DNA of 64,000 nucleotides from Candidatus Woesearchaeota archaeon (GTDB lineage: Archaea > Nanobdellota > Nanobdellia > Pacearchaeales > GW2011-AR1). Below are positions 47,216 to 57,068 of this stretch, one piece after another. Under the pieces are notes generated by a model, which worked only from the letters and a program-made list of their open reading frames with translations, did not search any database and was not told the DNA's origin. Within the stretch, counting starts at the first letter, position 1. The number at the start of each line of letters is the position of its first letter. A program made the translations under genes and the position numbers. The DNA lies in the NCBI GenBank assembly GCA_964639615.1, contig CAZXHH010000001.1:68092-132091 (forward strand), read 5' to 3'.

Positions 47216-49801
47216 TTTAGAATCTAAATATTCTGGAGGATTAAATATTCCTTTTTTATCATATTTTACATAATGAGTATATTTTATAATCTCAAACCAA
47301 AGTATGCTTATTGTTGCTGCTCCAAATGAAAAAAGTATTTCTTTAAGAGTTAATGGATTAAATTTGAAAAGTTGATTAAAAAAAGGAAGATAAATTGATA
47401 ATGCTAAGAAAAATAATGCACCAAATGCAACAAACCAAAAGGCAGTATTCTTTTCAAAGAGAGTCTTATAAATAGGCTTTGAAGTGGACCTGTTAGTTAA
47501 GATTAAAAGAATATTAGAAAATATTAAAGTTGAAAATCCCATTGCACGAGCAGTATTTTCATTATCTGTGTGTTGAATAGTTAAATAAAATACAATAGTC
47601 ATTGCAAGAAGCATTCCAAATCCTTGTAAAATACTATAAATTAATGTTCTTCTATTAAATATTTTTTCTCTTGGACTTCTTGGTTTTCTTTTCATTATAT
47701 TCTCTTCTGCTTTTTCAGCTTCAAATACAATAGAACAAGTAGGATCTATAATTAATTCCAAGAATAAAATATGCATTGGCAAAAGGATAAGAGGCCATTT
47801 AAATATTAATGCTAAAATTGTTATTCCCATTATTGGAATATGCATTGAAAAAACATAAGACATTGCTTTTCTGATATTATCAAAGACTCTTCTTCCCATT
47901 TTTACACCATTAACAATAGATGTAAAGTTATCATCTAACAAAACAATTGAAGAAGCTTCTCTTGCAACATCTGTTCCTCTTTCTCCCATTGAAACTCCAA
48001 TATTTGCAGACTTTAAGGCAGGAGCATCATTAACTCCATCTCCAGTCATAGCTACAATCTCTCCGTTAGCCTTAAGTGCATTTACTAATCTTAATTTTTG
48101 TTGTGGAACAACTCTAACAAAAATATTAATATCCTTAATTTTATTTTTTAATTGAATATCACTAAGTTTCTCAAGTTCATCTCCTGTAATATATTTATCT
48201 GGATTTTTTAATCCTATTTCTAATGCAATATTCTGAGCAGTTCCAGAATAATCTCCTGTAATCATTATAACTCTTATTCCTGCTTCATAACATTCTTTTA
48301 TTGCTTGAGGAACAGTTTCTCTTATTGGATCTTCAAAACCAATTAATCCAACAAATTCAAAATTAAAATCCCGTTGTTCTTTAGGAAGTGCACCTTTTGA
48401 AAAAGCCTTTGCAACTGCAATTACTCTTAATCCTTCTTTTGAAAATCTTGTTACTTCTTTTAAAATTTCTTTTGAACTCTTAGAATTTAAATGACATAAA
48501 TTAATAATTGCTTCTGGAGCTCCCTTTGTTGCAATAATATTTTCATCTTTTCCTGGCTTTGTCCAAGCATGAGAAATTGCCATTAATTTATCAGACAAAG
48601 GATATTCTTGTAAAAGATGCCAATTTTTATGTATAAATTTGCTTTCATTTCCTCTAGATAATTCCTTCAATGCTTTTTCCATTGGATCAAATGGCTCTTT
48701 TTGACTTGCAAGTATTCCATATTCAACTATTTCATTGAATTTCTCAGGTATTTTTTTATTTTCTTCAACAAAGCAAGTTTCATTTTTCCAGTATAATTTT
48801 GTTACAGCCATTTTATTTTGTGTAAGTGTTCCGGTCTTATCTGTACATAAAATTGTTGCTGAACCTAATTCGGAAATTGCCTGTTGTCTTCGTATTAAAA
48901 CATTTTTTTTAGACATTCTCCAAGCACCAAAACCTAAAAAAAGTGTGAGAACAACTGGAAATTCTTCTGGAATTACTGACATTGCAAGTGTTATTCCATT
49001 AAGAACTGCTTCAATCCAATTATCTCTCAAAAGAGCATAAACTATTATAATAATTGCACAAGCCATAATTCCATATATAGCAAAATATTTTACTAAAAAA
49101 CTTGTTTCTTTTTGAAGATTAGTTTTCTCAGATTTTATTGTCTCTAATGATTTTCCAATTTTTCCCATCTCTGTTTCTGCTCCAGTTTCTTTTACAATTC
49201 CAATTGCTGTACCTCTTACAACCAATGTTCCAGAATATACAAAAGGAATATCTTCTCCTCCTGGTTTTTGCATCAATATTTTAAAATTAGTTGTTGATTT
49301 TTTTCTTACAGCAATAGACTCTCCTGTAAGGAGGCTTTCGTCAACAGAAAAATTAGTACAAGCAACAAGAATTGCATCCGCTGGAACTCTATCTCCTTCT
49401 GAAAGTATTATAACATCTCCTTGAACAACCTCTTTACCTGGAATTCTTTTTTTCTCTCCATCTCTAATAACAAGTGCTCTTGGACTTGATAAATCTCTTA
49501 ATGCATCTAATGCCTTTTCTGTCTTATTTTCCTGATAAATTGTTATAAAAATTATAATAACAACAAATCCCAAAAGTAAAAAAGATTCTTTTACATCTCC
49601 TATTAAAATATAAATTAACCAACAAATCCATAACAAAATAAACATTGGTTCTTTAAGAACATCTAAAATTATCTTAAAAGTAGTTTTTCTCTTTTCTTTA
49701 GGAAGTTCATTATATCCTTTTTCCTTAAGCTTTAAACTAGCTTCTCTTTCACTTAATCCAGAGAGATTCATAGATTTTAGTGTCTCTGTGGTGCTCTGCA
49801 T
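47210..49801 (-). CDS. P-type cation-transporting ATPase (P2-type, Ca2+-ATPase-like)
   Basis: CTDKTGTLT, MITGD, GDGVNDAPAL, TGES; 863 aa, 10 TM. Confidence 0.9.
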   Translation of the reverse strand: MQSTTETLKSMNLSGLSEREASLKLKEKGYNELPKEKRKTTFKIILDVLKEPMFILLWICWLIYILIGDVKESFLLLGFVVIIIFITIYQENKTEKALDALRDLSSPRALVIRDGEKKRIPGKEVVQGDVIILSEGDRVPADAILVACTNFSVDESLLTGESIAVRKKSTTNFKILMQKPGGEDIPFVYSGTLVVRGTAIGIVKETGAETEMGKIGKSLETIKSEKTNLQKETSFLVKYFAIYGIMACAIIIIVYALLRDNWIEAVLNGITLAMSVIPEEFPVVLTLFLGFGAWRMSKKNVLIRRQQAISELGSATILCTDKTGTLTQNKMAVTKLYWKNETCFVEENKKIPEKFNEIVEYGILASQKEPFDPMEKALKELSRGNESKFIHKNWHLLQEYPLSDKLMAISHAWTKPGKDENIIATKGAPEAIINLCHLNSKSSKEILKEVTRFSKEGLRVIAVAKAFSKGALPKEQRDFNFEFVGLIGFEDPIRETVPQAIKECYEAGIRVIMITGDYSGTAQNIALEIGLKNPDKYITGDELEKLSDIQLKNKIKDINIFVRVVPQQKLRLVNALKANGEIVAMTGDGVNDAPALKSANIGVSMGERGTDVAREASSIVLLDDNFTSIVNGVKMGRRVFDNIRKAMSYVFSMHIPIMGITILALIFKWPLILLPMHILFLELIIDPTCSIVFEAEKAEENIMKRKPRSPREKIFNRRTLIYSILQGFGMLLAMTIVFYLTIQHTDNENTARAMGFSTLIFSNILLILTNRSTSKPIYKTLFEKNTAFWFVAFGALFFLALSIYLPFFNQLFKFNPLTLKEILFSFGAATISILWFEIIKYTHYVKYDKKGIFNPPEYLDSKL

Positions 49802-49856
49802 TTTTCCTCTTTATTAATAAAATAAAAGAGGTTTATAAAAGTAGAGAAGTAAAAAA

Positions 49857-50351
49857 TTAAACTTTCTTTGTTTTCTTTATACAAACTTTACAACCCTTAA
49901 ATTTCTTTTTTATAAAATCCCTCTTATTATTTGAATGTAAAGCATATTTTCTCTTGATTAATTTACCTAATCTACAATTTCTTGTATGGTAAGTTTTTGT
50001 TTCTGTAGAACCAACAAAATCATATTTTGGAATGTTCAATTTTTTTGGTTTTATCTTTCTTTCAATATAAACAGGTTTTTCCACATATACTGGTTTATCG
50101 ACATAAACTGGTTTGTCTAAATAAACAGGTTTTGGAATTTCTTTAATTATCTCTTGTTTTACGAATCTAGTTTTTTGCTCTTGTCTTAAGATCATAAATG
50201 CAATAAGCAAATAAAAGAAAGTTAACATCCACCCCATTATTAAAACCCCTGTAATATTTAGTTTGAAGAAGATTCCTACTAAGATTACTAAGAGAATTAT
50301 CATTAATCCTAAAACAATTACAATATTTGTTCTTCTTCCTAACTTAACCAT
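49857..50351 (-). CDS. Membrane protein with KPVY tandem repeats and C-terminal Cys cluster
   Basis: Two TM helices; PKPVYLDKPVYVDKPVYVEKPVYIE; C-terminal YHTRNCRLG...GCKVC. Confidence 0.35.
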   Translation of the reverse strand: MVKLGRRTNIVIVLGLMIILLVILVGIFFKLNITGVLIMGWMLTFFYLLIAFMILRQEQKTRFVKQEIIKEIPKPVYLDKPVYVDKPVYVEKPVYIERKIKPKKLNIPKYDFVGSTETKTYHTRNCRLGKLIKRKYALHSNNKRDFIKKKFKGCKVCIKKTKKV

Positions 50352-50426
50352 TATTTTTAGAAAAGATTGTGGTATTTAAACCTTGTGTTTTGTTACTATT
50401 TTATAGTTAAGTCATTTTACTATTTT

Positions 50427-50933
50427 TCATATGCCTGCATTTTTTCTGGCTAATTTAAGCCTATCGAATTTTTTCCAATATCTTCTTCCAACGATATACC
50501 CTTTGCATGAACTAGAACCGCAAAGACATGGATGCTCTTGATAATCATTTAAATCGTACCCATAATCATAATTTAGTTCTTCTCCTTTTTTTATCTCTTT
50601 TATAGAAATTATCCAAATATGGTTGTCAATTATCTTATATTTACAATTTGGACTACAAGAGTGATTGATAAATCTTGCAGGATTCCACGGAACGTTTCCG
50701 TCAATATCTTGTTTTTTATTTAATTCAAATATGAAAACTGCTCCTGAACCTGTTTCTTTTGATTTTTTATATTGTTCTTCTGCTATTCTTTCTCCTTCCT
50801 TTGAGGATACTATTTTCCCAACATATTCTATTATTTTGGTTCCTTTAGGAATATCTTTTCTAGCAAAAACTCCTTTTCCATGAACTTTGGAATTTCTTAC
50901 AATGTAAAATAAATCTACATTTTTGGTTTTCAT
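50427..50933 (-). CDS. SET-domain protein-lysine methyltransferase
   Basis: RFINHSCSPNC and EELNYDYG SET motifs plus post-SET CLCGSSSC. Confidence 0.75.
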   Translation of the reverse strand: MKTKNVDLFYIVRNSKVHGKGVFARKDIPKGTKIIEYVGKIVSSKEGERIAEEQYKKSKETGSGAVFIFELNKKQDIDGNVPWNPARFINHSCSPNCKYKIIDNHIWIISIKEIKKGEELNYDYGYDLNDYQEHPCLCGSSSCKGYIVGRRYWKKFDRLKLARKNAGI

Positions 50934-50970
50934 CAGTAAGAAAATTAAAAATGGTTTAAAATCGTTTGGT

Positions 50971-51042
50971 ATGCCCCCACGAAGATTCGAACTCCGATTA
51001 CAACCTCCGCAAGGTCGCGTTCTATCCGTTGAACTATGGGGG
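50971..51042 (-). tRNA. tRNA-Arg (GCG)
   Basis: Reverse strand: acceptor GCCCCCA/TGGGGGC, D-stem GTTC/GAAC, anticodon stem CGACC/GGTTG, loop TTGCGGA, T-loop TTCGAAT. Confidence 0.8.
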
Positions 51043-51085
51043 CGACAATGATAAATAATTTAAATGGTTCCCGGTTAAAAAAGAT

Positions 51086-52279
51086 ATGTTAATCGGTTTA
51101 GTAGGAAAACCTTCTGTAGGAAAAAGCACATTTTTCAAAGCTTCTACTTTAGCAGAAGTTGAAATAGCATCTTACCCATTTACAACAATAAAACCCAATC
51201 ATGGAGTTGGATACGTAAGAGTTGAATGCATTGATAAAGAGTTTAATTCGCAATGTCATCCAAATCATGGTTTTTGTATAAACCATCAGAGATTTGTTCC
51301 AATAGATTTGATGGATGTTGCAGGTTTAGTTCCTGGTGCAAGTGAAGGAAAAGGTTTGGGAAATCAGTTTTTAGATGATTTAAGAGGAGCAGATATTTTT
51401 ATTCATATAGTAGATTGTGCAGGAGAGACAAATGCTGAAGGAAAATTACTTGAAAAAGGGCAGGAATATGATATAAGTAATGATGTAAAATTCTTAGAAG
51501 AAGAACTAGACAAATGGTTTTTCAATATTTTATCTAGAGCTTGGAAAAGTTTTGCAAGAACAGCAGAAATGTCTAAAGCAAAATTTTCAGAAGCTGTTGC
51601 AAAGCAATTTTCTGGGTTGAAAGTTAAAGAAGATCAAGTTAAAGATGTTTTATTAAAGACTAATCTTCCAGAAAGAGCTTCAGAATGGAATGAAGAGCAA
51701 TTAATGAAGTTTGCTTCTGCATTAAGAAAAGAAAGTAAACCTATGATTATAGCTGCAAATAAGATTGATAGTCCAAATGGAGAGAAAAATTATCTTAAAA
51801 TAAAAGAGACTTTCAGAGAGTATTTAGTTATCCCTTGTAGTTCTGATTCTGAGTTAGCACTTAGACAAGCTGCAAAAGCAGGATTAATTGAATATATACC
51901 TGGAGATAAAAATTTCAAGATTTTAAAAGAATTAAATGAAAAGCAAAAACAAGCTCTTGAAAAAATTAAAACAGGAATCTTAGATAAATACGAATTTGGA
52001 ACAGGAATTCAACAAGTTTTGAATACTGCTGTTTTTGATTATTTGAAATATATTGCAATATTTCCGGCATCTGCAAGTAAATTAGCAGACAGCAAAGGAC
52101 ATGTTCTTCCTGATTGTTTCTTAATGCCTCCTGGAACAACTGCTCAAGATTTTGCATATTATTTACATACAGACTTTGGAAAGAATTTCATCAAGGCAAT
52201 TGATGCGCGTAGCAAGATGGCTTGGGGAAAAGATCACAAGCTAAAACACAGAGATGGTTTAGAAATTGTTACAAGGTAA
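51086..52279 (+). CDS. ychF: YchF/Ola1-family GTPase with C-terminal TGS domain
   Basis: GLVGKPSVGKSTFF G1 motif, DVAGLV G3, NKID G4; 397 aa. Confidence 0.8.
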   Translation: MLIGLVGKPSVGKSTFFKASTLAEVEIASYPFTTIKPNHGVGYVRVECIDKEFNSQCHPNHGFCINHQRFVPIDLMDVAGLVPGASEGKGLGNQFLDDLRGADIFIHIVDCAGETNAEGKLLEKGQEYDISNDVKFLEEELDKWFFNILSRAWKSFARTAEMSKAKFSEAVAKQFSGLKVKEDQVKDVLLKTNLPERASEWNEEQLMKFASALRKESKPMIIAANKIDSPNGEKNYLKIKETFREYLVIPCSSDSELALRQAAKAGLIEYIPGDKNFKILKELNEKQKQALEKIKTGILDKYEFGTGIQQVLNTAVFDYLKYIAIFPASASKLADSKGHVLPDCFLMPPGTTAQDFAYYLHTDFGKNFIKAIDARSKMAWGKDHKLKHRDGLEIVTR

Positions 52280-52281
52280 AA

Positions 52282-52986
52282 ATGAAACTTTCAATAATAA
52301 TTCCAGCATATAATGAGGAAAAAAGAATCCTTAAAACTCTTAACGAGTATTACAATTTTTTTAATAAAAAAATCCCAAATCAATTTGAATTGATTATTAT
52401 CCCAAATAATTGTAATGATAACACATTAAAAATATCAACAGAATTTTCTAAGTCTAAAAAAAATGTAATTGTAAAAAACTTTCCTTACTACACTGGTAAA
52501 GGGGGGGCAATAATAAATGGTTTCAAAGTTGCAAATGGTGAATTAATTGGGTTTACAGATGCAGATAACAGCATAACCCCAGAAAATTTTTACAAACTGT
52601 ATACTTCAATAAATAGTTTTAGTGGAATTATTGCATCGAGAAAAATAAAAGGAGCAAAAATAATACCTAAAAGGGAATTATCTAAAAATATATCTAGTTT
52701 TTTCTTTATGATCTCCGTAAAGATTTTATTTAATTTACATTACGAAGATACTCAGTGTGGTGCAAAATTATTCAAAAAGGAAACTGCAAAATTTCTTTCT
52801 AAAAAAGTTACAGAAAAAGGATGGGATTTTGATGTAAACATGTTATATCTATGCAAGAAAAAAGGATTTAAAATTAAGGAATGTCCAATTATTTGGAGCG
52901 ATTGTGAAGGCTCAAAGTTATCTAATATCGATGGGATAAAGTCCATATTTAATCTATTAAGATATAGATTTAAGGCTTCTTCTTAA
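52282..52986 (+). CDS. Family 2 glycosyltransferase (Dpm1-like)
   Basis: MKLSIIIPAYNEEKRI..., DAD motif FTDADNS. Confidence 0.7.
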   Translation: MKLSIIIPAYNEEKRILKTLNEYYNFFNKKIPNQFELIIIPNNCNDNTLKISTEFSKSKKNVIVKNFPYYTGKGGAIINGFKVANGELIGFTDADNSITPENFYKLYTSINSFSGIIASRKIKGAKIIPKRELSKNISSFFFMISVKILFNLHYEDTQCGAKLFKKETAKFLSKKVTEKGWDFDVNMLYLCKKKGFKIKECPIIWSDCEGSKLSNIDGIKSIFNLLRYRFKASS

Positions 52987-53380
52987 ACGTCCAAAACAAA
53001 GAACCAAAAAAGTTTAAAATTATGCTTGCTCCTGTTCCGCATAAAAAAGCAATATTTCTCCCAAGAAGAGAATTCCCTGTTTGGGATATTACTAAGGAAA
53101 AAATTGCTAAATTAATCAGTGCTGTAATACCATAAACAATAAGCCACTTTGGTAATTGAGACTTGATGCTTCCTTCTTTAGCGCAGAATGTTACATTCCT
53201 ATTCATTGTAAAATTCCAAATCATTGAAACCACAATTCCCAGTACCCTTGAAATTTGGGGCATTAAAAAACTGTTTCCAAGAAAATAAGCAAATGTATTA
53301 AACACAACAAAATCTATAAAAGTTGCAATTCCCCCAACAAAACAGAATGTAATAAATTTAGGTATCCGTTTTATATTCAT
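52970..53380 (-). CDS. GtrA-family membrane protein
   Basis: FITFCFVGGIATFIDFVVFN GtrA N-terminal signature, 4 TM, 136 aa. Confidence 0.6.
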   Translation of the reverse strand: MNIKRIPKFITFCFVGGIATFIDFVVFNTFAYFLGNSFLMPQISRVLGIVVSMIWNFTMNRNVTFCAKEGSIKSQLPKWLIVYGITALINLAIFSLVISQTGNSLLGRNIAFLCGTGASIILNFFGSLFWTFKKKP

Positions 53381-53456
53381 TTTTCATAAAAGGTTGATCT
53401 ATTCTTAAAGTTTGCCAAAAGATATCTATAAATACAGATACTTTATTATCTGTATC

Positions 53457-55310
53457 ATGAACAAAGAGAAGAAATTCTTAATTCTAAGTTCCCTTATTAT
53501 ATTTATAATCTGTTTAATTCTATTTTATAGACCTCTTATTAGCAATCAGCCCTTGGGATTAGATACACTTGGGCATTTGAGCAAAGTTTCGTATCTTAAA
53601 ACGTATCCATTTGCAAACTGGGACATGTCTTGGTATTCTGGAACATTGTCCTTAAAACTGTACTCTCCCCTGTTTTATTACCTCGTTGCAATTTTTCCAA
53701 ATATTTTCTTCGGAGCAAATTTTCTGAGTTTACTAAGTATCTTTCTTACTTGCATTGGCATCTATATTTTTATAAGATATAAAACAAAAAATGAAAAAAT
53801 AGCTTTATTTTCTGGACTTCTATATTTGACTACCCTAAGCATTTCATATTATTGGATTGTTACTGGAAATCTTCCCTACTTCTTTGCATTATGGACTATT
53901 CCTTTTTCATTATACCTTCTTGAAAAATCGCTTTTAGAAAAAAAGAAAAAATATTTTATATTTTACTCGCTCTTTTTTTTGCTAGGAATTTTGATTCATG
54001 TAGTAGTGGGATTTTTAATCGGTTTGTTTATGGTGATTAGAATCTTATTTGATGGAATAAATATAAAAAATATAAAGAAGATCTTCATTTATGGAGCAAT
54101 TCCAGTATTGCTAGCATCATTTTGGTTTATTCCTTTTTTGGCGTATTCAATCCATAACGGAGGATATCTTGGACATGTGCCTACACCAATGCAATTATGG
54201 GGTTTTGATAAAGAAGGTTCTTGGGGATTACAAGTAGCAGGTATTGGAGTTATTTTTTCTTTATTTATTATTTCTTTATTCTTCTTAAAAAAGTACTGGA
54301 AAGAAAAAGATGTAAAATTATATCTCCTTTTTACGGCAATATTAATTTTTCTGCTTTTTGGGGGTTTAAGAAATCATTACCCATATGGTGTTGACCCTGT
54401 TAGGTTTATTCTTCCACTTTCAATTATTCTATGCGTTTTTTTAGGACTTGCCATATCTAAAATGAAATTTTTTGAAAATGGATATTTAACATTTATTTTA
54501 ATTATAGTGCTGCTAATTGGAATTTTTTGGAATATGCAAATAATTAATAAAAATTTTGATAAACTATCCTATTACAAAGAAGATAGCAGATATGGAATCT
54601 TCAAGGAAATAATCTCCGATAAAAAAATTCCTCTAAAAAATGAATTTGAAAATTACAGATTTGGCACTTCAAAATATGTTTTTGGTGAAAATTTAAATTA
54701 TTTTTTCCCCGAGTTACCACAAACTTTTGGATATCAGGATGCAGGCATGCTTAATGCCCCAAGATACTATGATATGAGATGGCATATTTGGCTCTCTGAT
54801 GACATAAACGGTGCAATATACTGGCTTGATTGGTTTGGTATTAAATATTTTGAATCAGAAAATACAGATTTTATAGATAAATTCCTAAATGATTCTCGTT
54901 TTAGAGTGATTATGAAGAACTCAATAAGATATGATTTTACTTTATTTGAATACTTAGATGCAAAACCAATTATATCTTTAGTAGACTACGCAAATGAAAC
55001 TTCTTTTGGCTCAGAAAAATTATTTACATGGAAAAGAGATAATCCGGATGAAGTGATAGTTGAATATAATTCATTGGATGAAAACGATGCTGTTTTATTT
55101 AAGGAATTTTATCATAAAACTTGGAAAGCAAAAGAATTAATATCTAGAGAAAAATTAGAGATACATAAAACTGCAACAGGGTTTATGTATGTAAATCCCA
55201 ATCTAACTTCAAAAGGAGTCGTATTCTATCAATCAAAGACATTTACAGATTATTTAGGGTTGTTATTAACGCTAGTTGGAATAATTCTTTTGATAGCTAT
55301 AAAAAAATAA
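53457..55310 (+). CDS. Large polytopic membrane glycosyltransferase-like protein (possible oligosaccharyltransferase/PMT-like)
   Basis: >10 TM helices in first ~380 aa then soluble domain with WLDWFG (reminiscent of STT3/AglB WWDYG); C-terminal TM. Confidence 0.4.
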   Translation: MNKEKKFLILSSLIIFIICLILFYRPLISNQPLGLDTLGHLSKVSYLKTYPFANWDMSWYSGTLSLKLYSPLFYYLVAIFPNIFFGANFLSLLSIFLTCIGIYIFIRYKTKNEKIALFSGLLYLTTLSISYYWIVTGNLPYFFALWTIPFSLYLLEKSLLEKKKKYFIFYSLFFLLGILIHVVVGFLIGLFMVIRILFDGINIKNIKKIFIYGAIPVLLASFWFIPFLAYSIHNGGYLGHVPTPMQLWGFDKEGSWGLQVAGIGVIFSLFIISLFFLKKYWKEKDVKLYLLFTAILIFLLFGGLRNHYPYGVDPVRFILPLSIILCVFLGLAISKMKFFENGYLTFILIIVLLIGIFWNMQIINKNFDKLSYYKEDSRYGIFKEIISDKKIPLKNEFENYRFGTSKYVFGENLNYFFPELPQTFGYQDAGMLNAPRYYDMRWHIWLSDDINGAIYWLDWFGIKYFESENTDFIDKFLNDSRFRVIMKNSIRYDFTLFEYLDAKPIISLVDYANETSFGSEKLFTWKRDNPDEVIVEYNSLDENDAVLFKEFYHKTWKAKELISREKLEIHKTATGFMYVNPNLTSKGVVFYQSKTFTDYLGLLLTLVGIILLIAIKK

Positions 55311-55312
55311 AA

Positions 55313-55525
55313 ATGAAACTTTCAATTAAACTTCATCCGAATTCTTCTCAGGAAAAAATTGAAGAAATTGAAAAAGACAAATCCTATGAAGTTTGGATAA
55401 AAGAAAAACCAATTGATGGAAAAGCTAACCTCCAACTTATAAAAATTCTAAAAAAATACTTTCACAAAGAAGTTGAACTCATTTCTGGACTTACTTCAAA
55501 AAATAAAGTGATTGAAATTAAATAA
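55313..55525 (+). CDS. DUF167 (YggU-like) protein
   Basis: GKANLQLIKILKKYFHKEVELISGLTSKNKVIEI matches DUF167 G-x-AN...SG.TS..K pattern. Confidence 0.5.
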   Translation: MKLSIKLHPNSSQEKIEEIEKDKSYEVWIKEKPIDGKANLQLIKILKKYFHKEVELISGLTSKNKVIEIK

Positions 55526-55559
55526 AAATTCTTAAAAAGGATAACTAATATAAAAATAT

Positions 55560-55778
55560 ATGAAAATTACAATAAAGGTGAGATTTAATTCAAGTTATCC
55601 TAAGTTTGAAAAAGTTTCTAATGATAAATACATTTTGTATATTCCAGATCCAAGAACAAATCAAAGTGAAGACTTCATAAAAGAACTCCTTGAGAGAAAA
55701 TTAGGTGTAATGAAAAAGAATATTTCTCTATTAAGTGTAAACGAACAAGGAGATTGGTCTTTTCACATTGACGGATAA
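55560..55778 (+). CDS. Hypothetical small protein
   Basis: 72 aa ORF. Confidence 0.3.
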   Translation: MKITIKVRFNSSYPKFEKVSNDKYILYIPDPRTNQSEDFIKELLERKLGVMKKNISLLSVNEQGDWSFHIDG

Positions 55779-55978
55779 GAATTATACATGACCGGTCCTT
55801 CTATTGTGTAAGAGTGATACTCTCTAATTATTTTAAAAGGTTTCACAGGAAATTGTTTTATTAGCTTCAAAATATCTTTACTCTCTTCTGGCTTTTTCTC
55901 TTCACATTTACTTTTATCTTCTAAGGTCATAAGAAATTTACCCGCCAACTATATAAATAGATTATTGTTTTTTAAAAT

Positions 55979-56383
55979 ATGAAATACGAAGAGGCTCCTG
56001 ATTTACAAATAATCGCAGAAGACATATCTAAAACCTTATTCCCTCATATTATAATGGAAAGAGTGAAATGCTATAGAAGTTATGGAAGTTCTACAAGAGG
56101 AACAATTGCCAGATGTCATGCTTTGGGAAAATTAATGCAAAAAGCAATAGGTGTTGAAGCTTATTATGCTCTTGAATTTTTATCTGCAAGATTTGATAAA
56201 TTGACTAAAGAGGATCAAATAAAAACAATAATTCATGAATTAATGCATATACCTCAGACATTTGGTGGAGGATTCAGACATCACGACCATGTTACTGAAA
56301 AAAATGTAAATCTTATGTATAAGACATATATTGCAAAGAAGGAAGGAAGAGAAATATATGAAAGAAAAGGATGGTTTAGCTAA
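55979..56383 (+). CDS. Putative zinc metallopeptidase (HExxH)
   Basis: IIHELMHIP HExxH motif; 134 aa. Confidence 0.4.
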   Translation: MKYEEAPDLQIIAEDISKTLFPHIIMERVKCYRSYGSSTRGTIARCHALGKLMQKAIGVEAYYALEFLSARFDKLTKEDQIKTIIHELMHIPQTFGGGFRHHDHVTEKNVNLMYKTYIAKKEGREIYERKGWFS

Positions 56384-56384
56384 G

Positions 56385-56726
56385 ATGAATCTAATAATAA
56401 AAGAAAATTCTAAAAAAATTCTTGTAAAAAATATCAAAAGACTTTCAGAATTTCAAAAAGGAATAGGATTAATGTTTCATCGAAGAGAAAAATGCCCTGC
56501 AATGCTCTTTGAGTTCAATGAATTGACAAATTTGAAAATTCATTCTTGGTTTGTTTTTTTTCCATTCGTCGCTGTTTGGACAGATAAAAACAATAAAATT
56601 ATTGAAAAAAGAATTATCAAACCGTTCAGAATTTTTATTGGTCCTAAAAAATCTTTCTATAAACTTGTTGAAATACCTATAAACAGCGAATATAAAAAAG
56701 AAATTTCTTTATTATTAAAAAAATAG
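56385..56726 (+). CDS. DUF192-family protein
   Basis: GLMFHRREKCPAMLFEF...AVWTDKNNKII resembles DUF192 GLMFR...MLFxF...WMxNT pattern. Confidence 0.45.
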   Translation: MNLIIKENSKKILVKNIKRLSEFQKGIGLMFHRREKCPAMLFEFNELTNLKIHSWFVFFPFVAVWTDKNNKIIEKRIIKPFRIFIGPKKSFYKLVEIPINSEYKKEISLLLKK

Positions 56727-56818
56727 TAACTATTCTCTAGGAACTCTTTCTCGACGAGGAAAGATTTAAAAAGAATATTAACTATAATAAATCATATTCA
56801 CAAAAAAGGAGGTTAAAA

Positions 56819-56947
56819 ATGGGAACAGTTTTGGTTAAGAACGTTGTTAAAAGAAAGCCAGGATATCTTTACTATGTAGACGGAAAAGGAAACGTATGTG
56901 AAGCTAAGATGGCTAGAGGCGGAAAGAAGAAGAAAAAGAAAAAGTAA
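56819..56947 (+). CDS. Unannotated 42-aa basic protein with poly-Lys tail
   Basis: AGGAGGT 7 nt upstream; MGTVLVKNVVKRKPGYLYYVDGKGNVCEAKMARGGKKKKKKK. Confidence 0.35.
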   Translation: MGTVLVKNVVKRKPGYLYYVDGKGNVCEAKMARGGKKKKKKK

Positions 56948-57068
56948 GGTGACTTATTATTTTTTTATTTTCTTTTAAATTTAATATTTTTTATTTACTC
57001 TTATTCTATTTTACTTTTATTTTATATTCAACAAAAAGCTATATATAACCTATTTTGCGATTAATTTG

